DNA from: Candidatus Methanomethylicia archaeon
GTDB taxonomy: Archaea; Thermoproteota; Methanomethylicia; Nezhaarchaeales; B40-G2
Direction: 5' to 3'
Length of the DNA stretch: 64,000 nt
NCBI GenBank assembly: GCA_029259155.1
Contig: JAPDJI010000017.1
Location: 1-64,000 of the forward strand
Position 1 is the first letter of the stretch. Each line of letters opens with the position of its first letter. The notes under the pieces were generated by a model. That model searched no databases, was not told the origin of the DNA, and saw nothing but the letters and a program-made list of their open reading frames with translations. The position numbers were made by a program, and so were the translations under genes. Below, piece after piece: positions 37,731 to 47,481 of the stretch.

Positions 37731-37746
37731 GACAAGGTGACTCTAA

Positions 37747-37959
37747 GTGTACGCTGACCCCTCTAAGCTAACCGAGGAGATGGAGAAAAAGAGCATCGAT
37801 GAGCTCAGAAGGACAACCAGGCGTATCTTTAACTTAGCTACGTTGGGTTTCAGGCAGACCTTAGGTAATGATCAGGCTCTCAACTGGATCTTCCTTCGGG
37901 TCCTCGTGGAGACCAATAAGTTACGTAATGAGCTCTCTAAGCTGACAAGGGAAAGCTAA
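37747..37959 (+). CDS. Small helical hypothetical protein
   Basis: AGGTGA RBS; fills the gap in a co-directional gene string. Confidence 0.55.
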   Translation: MYADPSKLTEEMEKKSIDELRRTTRRIFNLATLGFRQTLGNDQALNWIFLRVLVETNKLRNELSKLTRES

Positions 37960-37974
37960 CACGGGGCTTAGAAG

Positions 37975-39129
37975 GTGTCCCCTGTTAATCTCCCTCCTCA
38001 AGCCAGGGCGAAATGGGCCAAAACCTTAGAGGCTAGAACTCCTGAGGAGAGGCTTAGAGCTCTACAGGAGTTTCTGTCAAGCATACCTGACCATAAAGGG
38101 GCCTCTAAGCTTAGGGCTCACGTTAAACACCAGATAGCAGTGTTAAGGAGGACGATCGAGGAGCAGAGGGCTCGAAGAAGAGGAGGTGGAGGTCCCTCTT
38201 TCTCAGTAGAGAAGGAGGGGGCAGCGCAGATAGTGTTGCTTGGCTTTACTAATGCTGGTAAGAGCAGCTTGCTTCAAGCTCTTACCAACGCTAAGCCTGA
38301 GGTATCAGAGCAGCCGTACACCACGAAGTACCCAGCGCCCGGGATGATGGACTACGAGGACTTAAAGTTTCAGCTCGTCGAGGCTCCTCCACTGAGGGGC
38401 CTTGAACGTGATGCTCCGACGCTGAGCTTAGCTAGGAACGCTGACGCCTTGATGCTCGTAGTAGACCTAGCTGAAGACCCAGTAGCTCAGCTCTCGGCTA
38501 TGGTGGAGGAGCTACGAGACGTAGGAATAGTGGTCGAGAAACCAAAAGCCTCGATTGAGATTGAAAGGCAGACCTCCGGAGGTGTAAAGATAGTGGTGAT
38601 GGGTAGATTAATGCACTGCACGGAACAAGACGTAGCTAAGCTGTTAACAAGCTACGGTATGCGCCATGCTCTCATTAAGATAACCGGTGAAGCGACTCTC
38701 GACGATGTAGAGGACGCCTTACTAAGGAAGCCTGTTTATAAGCCTACGATGGTCTTAGCTAATAAGGCTGATCTCCCAGGGTCTAAGGATAAGTTAAAGA
38801 AGTTGGAAGCCTACTTGGCCGGCAAGATACCGTTAATTGCTACTTCAGCTGTGCAAGGTGTAGGTCGAGAAGACTTAGGTAAAGAGGTGTTCAGGGTTTT
38901 AGATTTAATACGTGTTTACACAAAGGAACCCGGCGAGCCTCCAAGTAATGAGCCCCTAGTGGTTAGAAGGGGATCGACAGTGTTGGAGGTGGCTAAGCGT
39001 ATCCATAAGCAGCTGGGTCGAAGCTTTAAGTACGCTAAGGTTTGGTCAAAAAGACTTCCTTTCAGCCCTCAGAGAGTTGGTCCCTCCTTTATCTTAGAGG
39101 ACAGGGACGTTGTAGAGATTAAAGCTTAA
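37975..39129 (+). CDS. DRG/OBG-family GTPase with TGS domain
   Basis: GFTNAGKSS, YTT, NKAD, SA, IRVYTK, QRVG..F.LEDRDVVEI. Confidence 0.9.
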   Translation: MSPVNLPPQARAKWAKTLEARTPEERLRALQEFLSSIPDHKGASKLRAHVKHQIAVLRRTIEEQRARRRGGGGPSFSVEKEGAAQIVLLGFTNAGKSSLLQALTNAKPEVSEQPYTTKYPAPGMMDYEDLKFQLVEAPPLRGLERDAPTLSLARNADALMLVVDLAEDPVAQLSAMVEELRDVGIVVEKPKASIEIERQTSGGVKIVVMGRLMHCTEQDVAKLLTSYGMRHALIKITGEATLDDVEDALLRKPVYKPTMVLANKADLPGSKDKLKKLEAYLAGKIPLIATSAVQGVGREDLGKEVFRVLDLIRVYTKEPGEPPSNEPLVVRRGSTVLEVAKRIHKQLGRSFKYAKVWSKRLPFSPQRVGPSFILEDRDVVEIKA

Positions 39130-39198
39130 GGGGATAGACGTAGCCTTATGCTTAAAAGTACGAGTTGTGTGGATGACTAAGCATACAACATTATATGG

Positions 39199-40509
39199 AT
39201 GGTGCTCAGCTTGTGGGAAGGAAGGCTTTTCTCCTCTCAAGCCTTAACGGTACATGAAGGTGCCCGTGTCAAGCTCTACGGATGGGTACACAGCATAAGA
39301 GACCTAGGTAAAGTATGCTTCTTTCTGTTGAGGGACAAGGAAGGCATAATACAGGTGGTGGCATCAGCCTCAGCCCTTAGCCCTGCCGTCTTTAACGCTG
39401 TCAAGGAGCTGAAGAGAGAGTACGTGGTGGAGGTTGAAGGGATCGTAAGGCGCACTGAGAAGGCTCCTGGCGGGGTAGAGCTTCACTTAGAGAAGTTGAA
39501 GGTGTTGAACGAAGCCAATGTCCCTCCTCACCTCGAGCCTGATAGGAGGGTTAAGCTGGAACTCGATGTTAGGCTGGATGAAAGGATGCTCGACCTTAGG
39601 AGGCTGGAGAACCAAGCTCTATTCAGAATAGGCCACGTTGTATTAAGCTCAGCTAGGCGCTTCCTTGAAGAGCGAGGCTTCATAGAAGTTCATACACCTA
39701 AATTAATAGCAACCGCCACTGAGGGTGGAGCTGCACTTTTCCCGATAGCCTACTTTGACCGTGAAGCTTTCTTGGCTCAGAGCCCTCAATTATACAAGGA
39801 ACAACTCTCAGCGGTGTTCGAGAGGGTTTATGAAGTAGGCCCACTCTTTAGGGCTGAAGAATCGCACACTAATCGACACCTCTCAGAATACGTGGGCGTT
39901 GATGTTGAAGCAGCCTTTGCTGACGAAGAAGACGTTATGCAGGTATTAGAGGATATGGTGACCTTCACGGTCCGTGAAGTAGTAAGCAGATGCGGTCGGG
40001 AACTCCAACTTCTTGGGAGAAAACTCGAAGTACCTCCTACTCCTTATAGGAGGCTGACTTACTCAGAGGCTATAGATCTGCTTAGGGAGCGTGGGATGTC
40101 TATTGAGTGGGGGCACGACTTATCCACGGAGGCTGAACGTGTATTGGGAAGAATATTCAATGAGCCCTTCTTCATCGTTGATTGGCCTACTCATCTTAAG
40201 CCTTTCTATATTATGCCTAGGGAGGATGATCCTAAGCTTTCCTATAGCTTCGACTTAATGTACGGCTGGCTCGAGATAGCCTCCGGCGGGCGACGCATAC
40301 ACCGCAAAGACCAGTTAATAAAACGCCTAGAAGAACAAGGACTAAACCCAGAAAACTTCAAACACCACCTTAAATGCTACGACTACGGCATGCCACCCCA
40401 CGCAGGATGGGGACTAGGACTAGCAAGACTACTAATGATAATAACTGGGAAGGACGATATAAGGGAGGTAGTCCTATACCCAAGGGATCGATGGAGACTG
40501 ACGCCTTAG
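39199..40509 (+). CDS. aspS: Aspartyl-tRNA synthetase, non-discriminating archaeal type
   Basis: GWVH, KAPGG, LAQSPQLYKE, FRAEES, GMPPHAGWGLG, YPRD. Confidence 0.95.
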   Translation: MVLSLWEGRLFSSQALTVHEGARVKLYGWVHSIRDLGKVCFFLLRDKEGIIQVVASASALSPAVFNAVKELKREYVVEVEGIVRRTEKAPGGVELHLEKLKVLNEANVPPHLEPDRRVKLELDVRLDERMLDLRRLENQALFRIGHVVLSSARRFLEERGFIEVHTPKLIATATEGGAALFPIAYFDREAFLAQSPQLYKEQLSAVFERVYEVGPLFRAEESHTNRHLSEYVGVDVEAAFADEEDVMQVLEDMVTFTVREVVSRCGRELQLLGRKLEVPPTPYRRLTYSEAIDLLRERGMSIEWGHDLSTEAERVLGRIFNEPFFIVDWPTHLKPFYIMPREDDPKLSYSFDLMYGWLEIASGGRRIHRKDQLIKRLEEQGLNPENFKHHLKCYDYGMPPHAGWGLGLARLLMIITGKDDIREVVLYPRDRWRLTP

Positions 40510-41756
40510 ACCGTGAGCTGGATAGACCTATCCTCTTGGTAGAGTATTTTGTCGGTGGAGGGCTTCCTAACCTAACTTCCTCCTTGATTCTTGAAGGTTA
40601 CGCTATGTTGAAGGCGGCAGCAGAGGCTCTTACCGAAGCTGGCTTCAAGTTGATAGTTGCGGTGGATAGAAGGGTTGAGCCTTTTCTTAAGCTTCCTAGG
40701 CTACGTAGGATCAAGGCGGGGCCAGGGGGGCTACTAAAGACACTAAAAAAGGAGGCTTCTGCTTCCTATGCCCTCCTTATAGCTCCTCCTATGGATGGAG
40801 CTCATGCTAACTTGACCTCCTTAATGGAGGAGCTGGGCATCGAGGTTCTAGGGCCCTCAACGAACAAGTTGATAAAGGTTCTCGATAAGGCGGAGCTCGC
40901 TCGCTCATTAAATGCCCTGGGCGTTAGGTATCCAAAAACCATTGAGCTCGACCCAATTATCGAAGAAAGTGTCCATGAAGCCGGAGAGAAGCTGGGTTAT
41001 CCGTTAGTTATTAAACCTGTGGATGGTGCAGGCTGTGAAGGCTTAATGATCGTAGGGTCTTCTCGCCAAATAAAGGAGGCTGTGAAGGAAGCAAAGACCT
41101 ATGCAAGGCGATACATTGCTCAGGAGATGGTTAAGGGAGTACATGCTAGCGTTAGCTTAATAGCTGATGGTAGGAGGGCTAAAGCTCTAGCTCTCAACGC
41201 GCAGCAACTGCTATGGAAAAAGCTACCTTCGCATCCAAGCTATGAAGGAGGGTATACCCCACTTATTCATCGTAGTTCAGACGAAGCTTTAAAGGAAGCC
41301 GAAAAGGTGGTAGAGTACTTCGGCCTTAAAGGGTACGTGGGGATAGACCTAGTTCTATCGGATGAAGGTCCCTTCATAGTGGAAGTCAACCCCAGGCTAA
41401 CCACTTCTTTCATAGCTCTAACTTCGACCATTTCACCCTCACACCTCGGAAGGTGTTTAGTTAACGTCACCCTAGGGCGCCTTGACCCCTCACAAGCACC
41501 CCTCATGACGAGACATGTATGTGCTTTACGTAAGCTTAAAACTCCTATTGACCTAACCTTAACACCGCTCCTTATAGAACGCCTTTCTAGCACTCCAGGG
41601 GTTTATGTTACCACGCCTCTCACGGGGAGAGTTCCTAGAGGTGAGAGTATAGCTCTGCTTAAGGCAGAGGCATCTAATCTACGCTCAGCTGTAGCTCGCC
41701 TAGGAGGCATTACCCGCAAGGTTGAGAGTATAATTAAGGCCAAGGAATTTAGTTGA
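40491..41756 (+). CDS. mfnD: ATP-grasp tyramine-L-glutamate ligase-like (DUF201)
   Basis: EGYAML, LLIAP, KPVDGAGCEG, SVSL, LN.Q, YEGG..P, GYVGID, EVNPRLTTS; ATG at 40491. Confidence 0.72.
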   Translation: METDALDRELDRPILLVEYFVGGGLPNLTSSLILEGYAMLKAAAEALTEAGFKLIVAVDRRVEPFLKLPRLRRIKAGPGGLLKTLKKEASASYALLIAPPMDGAHANLTSLMEELGIEVLGPSTNKLIKVLDKAELARSLNALGVRYPKTIELDPIIEESVHEAGEKLGYPLVIKPVDGAGCEGLMIVGSSRQIKEAVKEAKTYARRYIAQEMVKGVHASVSLIADGRRAKALALNAQQLLWKKLPSHPSYEGGYTPLIHRSSDEALKEAEKVVEYFGLKGYVGIDLVLSDEGPFIVEVNPRLTTSFIALTSTISPSHLGRCLVNVTLGRLDPSQAPLMTRHVCALRKLKTPIDLTLTPLLIERLSSTPGVYVTTPLTGRVPRGESIALLKAEASNLRSAVARLGGITRKVESIIKAKEFS

Positions 41757-41886
41757 GATTTTTCTCATCAGTAATCCTGAAGGCTACTTTTAAAGGGTTA
41801 TAGAAGGAGGAGTCGGTCCATTTTTTAGCTAGCATTTGCTCCAGCTTTCTTAATCTAAGTAGTTATGTTATCGTATCCACCTGGGC

Positions 41887-42615
41887 TTAACCATGACATA
41901 CCAGGCCTCTTCTTCTAGCTTCTTCCACGTCTATCAATCCGGTATGTAGCGCTGTGGCTATGAGCACTCCGGTTATACCTAGATCTCTAAGCCTCTGTGA
42001 ATCCTCCAAGCTACGTACTCCTCCTACCAGTAGACTGAGCTTCGACCTCTCCTTGATCCTTTTTATTAACTCCAAATCGACACCCTTAAGCGTACCTACA
42101 TTATCTAAGCTAAGCAGGATAGCCTCGCGTACCCCAGCCTTCTCAGCTTCAAGGGCAGCTTCAAGAGGATCGCTTACTTCCTCAATTTTAGAGAGTAGCT
42201 TACCTCCATAAAGGTCCAAGCTTAAGACCACATTGCTAGCTCCTACCTCCCTAACTATATCACGTAGGGCTTTGAAGCTGGTTAAGGTCTCTGTTCCAAC
42301 AACCACTACTACCCCTGTCTCCATAAGCCTCCTCGCCGTTGCAGCGTTATTGACCCCGGCATCTATCATCGCCCTCAGCCCAAGCTCGCTAAGCTCGGTG
42401 TAAAGCTTCAGGTTGAGTCTTGTTCCAGCGATGGCATCGAGGTCAGCTACGTAGAGCTCCTTCACCTTCAGGGCTTCTTTATACGCTTTAGCTACCTCTA
42501 AAGGGTTAGTGGATGAACATATGAGGCTTTTCAGAGGTTTGTAAAGTTCACGTTTACCTTGGACTGCATGTACAGCTATACCTCCCTTGATATCCAATAC
42601 AGGTATGAGCCTCAA
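41887..42615 (-). CDS. HisA/HisF-related TIM-barrel protein associated with H4MPT/methanofuran clusters
   Basis: IPVLDIKGG.AVHA..G.R..Y.P, LYVADLDAI, VVGTET, L.LD.VGT..G.D, ATALH.G. Confidence 0.8.
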   Translation of the reverse strand: MRLIPVLDIKGGIAVHAVQGKRELYKPLKSLICSSTNPLEVAKAYKEALKVKELYVADLDAIAGTRLNLKLYTELSELGLRAMIDAGVNNAATARRLMETGVVVVVGTETLTSFKALRDIVREVGASNVVLSLDLYGGKLLSKIEEVSDPLEAALEAEKAGVREAILLSLDNVGTLKGVDLELIKRIKERSKLSLLVGGVRSLEDSQRLRDLGITGVLIATALHTGLIDVEEARRRGLVCHG

Positions 42616-44069
42616 ACTTCACTCATCCCCTCCAGCAGTTTTCTTCCTTTTTCCGTAAGGTCGTAGAGCCTCCTCCACCTTCCCTTAACCACCTCTACCC
42701 CAGCCTCTCTAATGAATCCCAACTCTTTTAACTCCTCAAGGTGTTGATAGAGGCTAGGCAACTTCAGGGATATACCACGCTCCTTTTCAAGCAGCGCTCT
42801 AAGTCCATAGCCATGTAGCGTACCATTCGAGAGTATCTTCAATATCTCTAGCTTAGCTTTCCCGAGCTTTGAATGAGGTTTAATGCTTACTATGAAGCTT
42901 CCTACCTTAAGTTTGTCTTCAGCTAAGCTAAGGACAGCTTTAGGATCCTTCAATCCTTCCCCAGTAATTATACATACTATTTTCTCCCCACGATCTATCT
43001 CTCCTTCACTGAGGAGTTTCAGAAGCCCTGCCACTGTAGAGCTAGCGGCAGGCTCCGAAAAGACCCCTTCAAGCCTAGCTAAGAGTTTCATGGCTTCCAA
43101 GGCTTCCTGATCTGATACAGCTATAGCGGCTCCACGGCTTTCTTTCATGGCTTTTAAGGCTTCATTCCCGTAGGGAGGCTCCTTCATACCTATGTCAAGG
43201 ATACCTGTTTCAGCCTTATCGATAGGCTCCACTTCGCTCTTTCCTTCCTTGAACGATTTAACTATCGGGGCACATCCTTCAGGTTGAACTCCTATTATTC
43301 TCGTCTTAGCTCTGTCTATGATCCCTAAGACCTCCATCTCTTTCAAGGCTTTCCAAGCCATAGATAAGTGCCCTCCACTTCCCATTGGGATGACTAGAAC
43401 GTCGGGGGCGTCCCAGTTAAGCTGGTCACATATCTCCCAGGCCGTGATCTTCACGCCTTCAAGAAAGAAGGGGTCTATGGAGGAGGCTAAATACCCTGTA
43501 TTCTCCATCCTAGCCTTCATGTCAGCCTCCTCTAAGTCTTTCGTTAACCTTAAGTCCGCACCGTAAGCCGTCATCTGGTAGAGTTTACCTAGATCAAGTT
43601 TCGAAGGAGCGTAGACTATGCATTTAATCCCGGCCTTAGCGGCGTAGGCAGCTAGAGAGGCTCCTAAGTTACCGGCGGAAGCACATGTTAAGGTTTCAGC
43701 TTTAAGCCAAAGCGCTCTTGTAACAAGCACTGAAGCGCCGCGGTCTAGGAAGGAACCTGTGGGATTAGTGGTTTCATCCTTCACGTAAAGCTCCTTAACC
43801 CTTAGTCTTTCAGCTAGTTTGAAGCTTCTATGTAGATATGTCCCCCCTTCACCTAGCGACACTATCCTCCAACTTGGAAGTACAGGTAATACTTCATAGT
43901 ACCTCCATAAGTTGAACCCTCTCGAACGTAATGTGTCGCGACTTACTTTACCCCTAACCTCTTCATAGTCATAAACTACGTTTAACTTTCCCCTACATAT
44001 AGGGCACGTAATGAATGGCTGCTCTAGAGCATAGTTCTTTAGGCATGTGGGACACTTAAGGCTAGGCAC
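42612..44069 (-). CDS. Threonine-synthase-like protein lacking the PLP Lys, fused to a PadR-type wHTH
   Basis: LWRY, LGEG.T, NPTGSFLDRG (canonical FKDRG), EG.F.EPA; C-terminal LHGY.L...SLYQHL.EL...G....R.LY.LTEKG. Confidence 0.82.
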   Translation of the reverse strand: MPSLKCPTCLKNYALEQPFITCPICRGKLNVVYDYEEVRGKVSRDTLRSRGFNLWRYYEVLPVLPSWRIVSLGEGGTYLHRSFKLAERLRVKELYVKDETTNPTGSFLDRGASVLVTRALWLKAETLTCASAGNLGASLAAYAAKAGIKCIVYAPSKLDLGKLYQMTAYGADLRLTKDLEEADMKARMENTGYLASSIDPFFLEGVKITAWEICDQLNWDAPDVLVIPMGSGGHLSMAWKALKEMEVLGIIDRAKTRIIGVQPEGCAPIVKSFKEGKSEVEPIDKAETGILDIGMKEPPYGNEALKAMKESRGAAIAVSDQEALEAMKLLARLEGVFSEPAASSTVAGLLKLLSEGEIDRGEKIVCIITGEGLKDPKAVLSLAEDKLKVGSFIVSIKPHSKLGKAKLEILKILSNGTLHGYGLRALLEKERGISLKLPSLYQHLEELKELGFIREAGVEVVKGRWRRLYDLTEKGRKLLEGMSEV

Positions 44070-44122
44070 AAGCCTATATATAGGCTAAAACTTAAATATG
44101 TTTCTCGGGCCTACATCGCAAT

Positions 44123-44866
44123 ATGTCTAAGGCCGAGCAGATCAGCTTAACAGGGCTTTTTACCGCTCTCGTATGTGCCTTCACCATCTCCTTTCAGCTC
44201 TACATTCCGGCTACTCGAGGCTACTTCAACATAGGTGAGGTCATGGTCTATACCGCCGCTCTCATAGGAGGGCCGTTGATAGGCGGCTTTGCTGGTGGAG
44301 TAGGTTCAATGTTAGCTGACGTGTTAACAGGCTATGCCCACTATGCTCCAGCTACCTTAGTAATCAAAGGAGTGGAAGGTTGCCTTGTAGGCTGGCTATG
44401 TAGGGTCAAGCTTTTTAAGGATCCTAAAGCTTGGAGGGCGCTTTCATTAAGCTCAGCCTTTTTCGTAGGTTTCTTGTTGTTAGCCATAGCTCCTTATTAT
44501 GTTGGTGAAGCTGAGGCTACACTAGGTCCTTCTGCAATAACCTTGGCTGGCTATGAGCTAACTCTACCATCATTAACCTTGAGCTTTGCACTTCCGAGTT
44601 TTATATGGCCTATCTTGGCCGTTGCAGCTTTCACCGGTATAGCTTACGTAGGGCTTAAGGCTTCTCCTGAGCTTGGATGGACGGTGCTCTCTGTGGCGGC
44701 AGGGGGGATATTGATGGTAATAGGCTATTACCTATATGAGCAGCTCTTTATGGGTGTAGCTGCGCTGGCTGAGGTACCCTTTAACACAGCTCAGTTCCTC
44801 ATAGGCCTTCTAGTTTCAGTTCCCCTATACAAGAGTCTTAAGAGAGCCTTACCAGGTTTGTTTTAA
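44123..44866 (+). CDS. ECF transporter S component
   Basis: IPATRGYFNIGE, GGVGSMLAD, APATLVIKG.EG, EVPFN..Q. Confidence 0.85.
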   Translation: MSKAEQISLTGLFTALVCAFTISFQLYIPATRGYFNIGEVMVYTAALIGGPLIGGFAGGVGSMLADVLTGYAHYAPATLVIKGVEGCLVGWLCRVKLFKDPKAWRALSLSSAFFVGFLLLAIAPYYVGEAEATLGPSAITLAGYELTLPSLTLSFALPSFIWPILAVAAFTGIAYVGLKASPELGWTVLSVAAGGILMVIGYYLYEQLFMGVAALAEVPFNTAQFLIGLLVSVPLYKSLKRALPGLF

Positions 44867-44977
44867 GGAAAATCCTTAAATAAACCTTCATATCCTGCCC
44901 AGATAGCGGCCGGTTTTGGGATAAGCGCAGCCATCGTTCTGCGCCTCCTTTTAACTGGCCAGCTACGTAAAGGAGGT
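44867..44977 (+). promoter_or_regulatory. Promoter and structured 5' leader of the TRAM gene
   Basis: GGAAAATCC-TTAAATA BRE/TATA; nested stems at 44904-44965; anti-SD at 44944-44951. Confidence 0.6.
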
Positions 44978-44986
44978 AAAGGAAGA

Positions 44987-45202
44987 ATGTATGGTAGAAG
45001 GGAACCCCGCTACGCGCGCAAGCCCGTTAGCTTAGGCGGCGAGTACGACGTGGAGATAACAGAGGTTAGCAGAAGAGGCGACGGTTTAGCTAGAGTGCAA
45101 GGCTTTGTGGTCTTCGTGCCTGGAGCTAGACCTGGACAGCGAATAAAGGTTAGGGTTACTAAGATGGGCAACCGGTACGCGGTAGCGGAGATGGTTCGGT
45201 GA
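44987..45202 (+). CDS. Single-TRAM-domain RNA chaperone (archaeal cold-shock type)
   Basis: PV..G.EYDV.I....RRGDG.ARV.GFVVFVPG...G..VRV. Confidence 0.9.
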   Translation: MYGRREPRYARKPVSLGGEYDVEITEVSRRGDGLARVQGFVVFVPGARPGQRIKVRVTKMGNRYAVAEMVR

Positions 45203-45302
45203 AGTGGGGTTAAGGCATAAGCTTTCCATGTAACCTTAAAAGCCTAGTCTTGTTTTTTATGCATGACCTCCTTAAGCCCTAGGGCCTAGGAGGTTTCAGC
45301 TA

Positions 45303-46016
45303 TTGAAGCTCCTCATCAGCGTAGTGGATGCCCAGGAGGCTAAGGAAGCCTTCCTAGGGGGTGCTGACATCGTAGATGTTAAAAGGCCTTCTGAAGGCTC
45401 CTTGGGGGCTTGCCCCCCAAACATCATAAGGAGTGTTAGGGAGGCTCTTCCTCAAAAGGTTGAAGTTAGCGCAGCAGTAGGTGATGTACCAGACCTACCT
45501 GGCACGGTTTCGTTGGCAGCATTAGGTGCCGCGGTAAGTGGTGTGGATTACGTCAAGGTTGGTGTTTATGGACCTAAATCTCTTGAGAGAGCCGTGGTAT
45601 TGCTTAAGGAGGTTAAGGAGGCTGTTAAGTCTTACGATAGCTCGATCAAAGTGGTGGCAGCGAGCTATGCTGACTACGGGAGGGCAGGGTGCCTTGAACC
45701 AAACATGGTGTTGGAGGCAGCCCGTAAAGCGGAGGTGGATGTATGGATGATCGACACTAAGGTGAAGGATGGTTCCCCTCTTCTAAGCTTCTTATCACCT
45801 AGCAGCTTAATATCGCTGATCGAAAGGGCTCACGGCTACGGTATGATAGCTGCAGTGGCTGGGTCCTTGAAGCTTGACGATCTTGAAGCTATTGGTTCAT
45901 TGGGAGCTGATGTAGTTGGTTTTCGAGGGGCAGCGTGTGGAGGAGATAGAGTAAAGGGTAGGGTTAGGAGAGAGTTTGTGGAGGAGTTAAAGAGGAGGCT
46001 TAGCTTAGTAAGGTAG
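45303..46016 (+). CDS. mfnB: 4-HFC-P synthase (DUF556)
   Basis: LLIS, GGADIVDVK.P.EGSLGA, SAAVGD, DYVKVG, MIDT..KDG, AGSL, GFRGAAC. Confidence 0.9.
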   Translation: MKLLISVVDAQEAKEAFLGGADIVDVKRPSEGSLGACPPNIIRSVREALPQKVEVSAAVGDVPDLPGTVSLAALGAAVSGVDYVKVGVYGPKSLERAVVLLKEVKEAVKSYDSSIKVVAASYADYGRAGCLEPNMVLEAARKAEVDVWMIDTKVKDGSPLLSFLSPSSLISLIERAHGYGMIAAVAGSLKLDDLEAIGSLGADVVGFRGAACGGDRVKGRVRREFVEELKRRLSLVR

Positions 46017-46832
46017 GTGACTTTGGAGTTTTCGAGTAAGGCCAAGAAGCCCAAGAGTTTTAAGGACCATGAACTCTTTTCCCAACTAAAGATACCTCCA
46101 GGGGTTTTCTTCGTAATTAGGTGTGATGGTAGATCGTTCAAGGAGGTCTGCAGTAAGGTGGGGTTTAAGAAGCCTTTCGATAAAGCCTTTGCCGAACTGA
46201 TGGTTTCCTCGAGCAAAGCGGTGTTTGAGGGAGGTCTCAACCCTCTTTTCACCTTCATTCATTCCGATGAAGCTAGCTTCCTCTTTAACGGCGAATCTAC
46301 CTTTAAGCGTAGAGTAGAGAAGCTGCTATCCATCGTCCCTAGCCTTATGAGCAGTAAGGCTTCCCTAGGCCTTCACTCAATTTTCAACTATAATGGCCCT
46401 GTTTCCTTCGACGCTAGAGTGGTTCTGCTCGATAAAGCTGAGATAGCCGATTACTTTGCTTGGAGGCAGATGGAGGCTTGGAGAAACCACATCAATTCCT
46501 ATGCTTACTACACTCTACTCTCTAAGGGTTTAACTCCACGTGAAGCTTCACTTAAGCTAAAGGGGTTGAAGGCTCCTCAACTACATGAGCTGGTATTTAA
46601 AGAAGCTGGCGTAAACCTGGCTACCACCCCGCCTTGGCAGAGGAGAGGAATAGCCCTCATATGGGAGGAAGAAGTTAAGGAGGGCTTCGACCCGGTTAAA
46701 GGGGCTAAGGTAAAGGCTTTAAGACTACAGTTGAAGGAGGACTGGAGCCCTCCTATCTTTGCCAGTTCTGAGGGAAGGGGCTACATCGAGAGGTCTATGG
46801 AAGCTAGGCTTAGGGGAGTTACTCGGCCGTAA
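46017..46832 (+). CDS. thg1: tRNA(His) guanylyltransferase Thg1-like protein
   Basis: IRCDGRSF, SDEASF, FDAR, YF.WRQ..AWRN, PWQRRG. Confidence 0.9.
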   Translation: MTLEFSSKAKKPKSFKDHELFSQLKIPPGVFFVIRCDGRSFKEVCSKVGFKKPFDKAFAELMVSSSKAVFEGGLNPLFTFIHSDEASFLFNGESTFKRRVEKLLSIVPSLMSSKASLGLHSIFNYNGPVSFDARVVLLDKAEIADYFAWRQMEAWRNHINSYAYYTLLSKGLTPREASLKLKGLKAPQLHELVFKEAGVNLATTPPWQRRGIALIWEEEVKEGFDPVKGAKVKALRLQLKEDWSPPIFASSEGRGYIERSMEARLRGVTRP

Positions 46833-46836
46833 TGGG

Positions 46837-47481
46837 TCACCGAGGATCAATCCTTGTACAAGGTACTTTCTCGCCTCGAAGCAGCTTAGTTAGATAGTTT
46901 TCTGTAAGCCCATTAACTAGGTAGCAGGTTATACCAGCTCTCAATATTATCTTAGGCGCTACGCTATCTATGCATGTAGGCTTTGAAGACTGAAGCAGTC
47001 TTGAAGCCTCGATGCTCTCGATGAGGCGCCCCTCATCATTCAATAAACCATCCACGTCCTTGACCAACACGAGTAAGCCTACACCCAGCCTTTCAGCTAA
47101 CCTCGCGGCTACGGCATCTCCCGTGGTTTCCCATGAAGCCGGTAGGGCATCATCGTCCTTCACCTCCCTGAACGGGAGGAGGATGCATGATTCTTCTTTC
47201 ACTTCGCCGAGTTTCTCCTTCACCTTCATGTTCGGCATCAAGTCTGCCAGCAACATGCCGTACTGGTCCATGGACATTAAGGCCATGATGTGAGAGGCTT
47301 TAGATGATAGCTTTAGTTCCTCATCTACCTTCCTCACCACGTCAGCGAAAACCCCTCCACCAGGTACTATTACGAACTTTAACCTACGTGAGGCCTCTTC
47401 AAGTTCGCGACAAAATCTCTTGAGGCCTCGAAGGTCTCTTAATAGGCTTCCTCCCACTTTCACTACGGCGTCTAAACCCAT
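46837..47481 (-). CDS. mfnE: Amino-acid-kinase family protein, methanofuran biosynthesis kinase
   Basis: VKVGGSL, VPGGG.FAD.VR, H.MA...MDQYG, SW..T.D..A, KDVDG. Confidence 0.78.
   Translation of the reverse strand: MGLDAVVKVGGSLLRDLRGLKRFCRELEEASRRLKFVIVPGGGVFADVVRKVDEELKLSSKASHIMALMSMDQYGMLLADLMPNMKVKEKLGEVKEESCILLPFREVKDDDALPASWETTGDAVAARLAERLGVGLLVLVKDVDGLLNDEGRLIESIEASRLLQSSKPTCIDSVAPKIILRAGITCYLVNGLTENYLTKLLRGEKVPCTRIDPR

Noticed and set aside
40374-40490. N-terminal extension of the ATP-grasp ORF overlapping aspS
   Set aside because: Alternative-frame read-through of aspS; the ATG at 40491 fits the family start better
42612-44069. Annotation as an ordinary thrC
   Set aside because: The PLP-binding Lys is replaced by Leu and the substrate motif is altered
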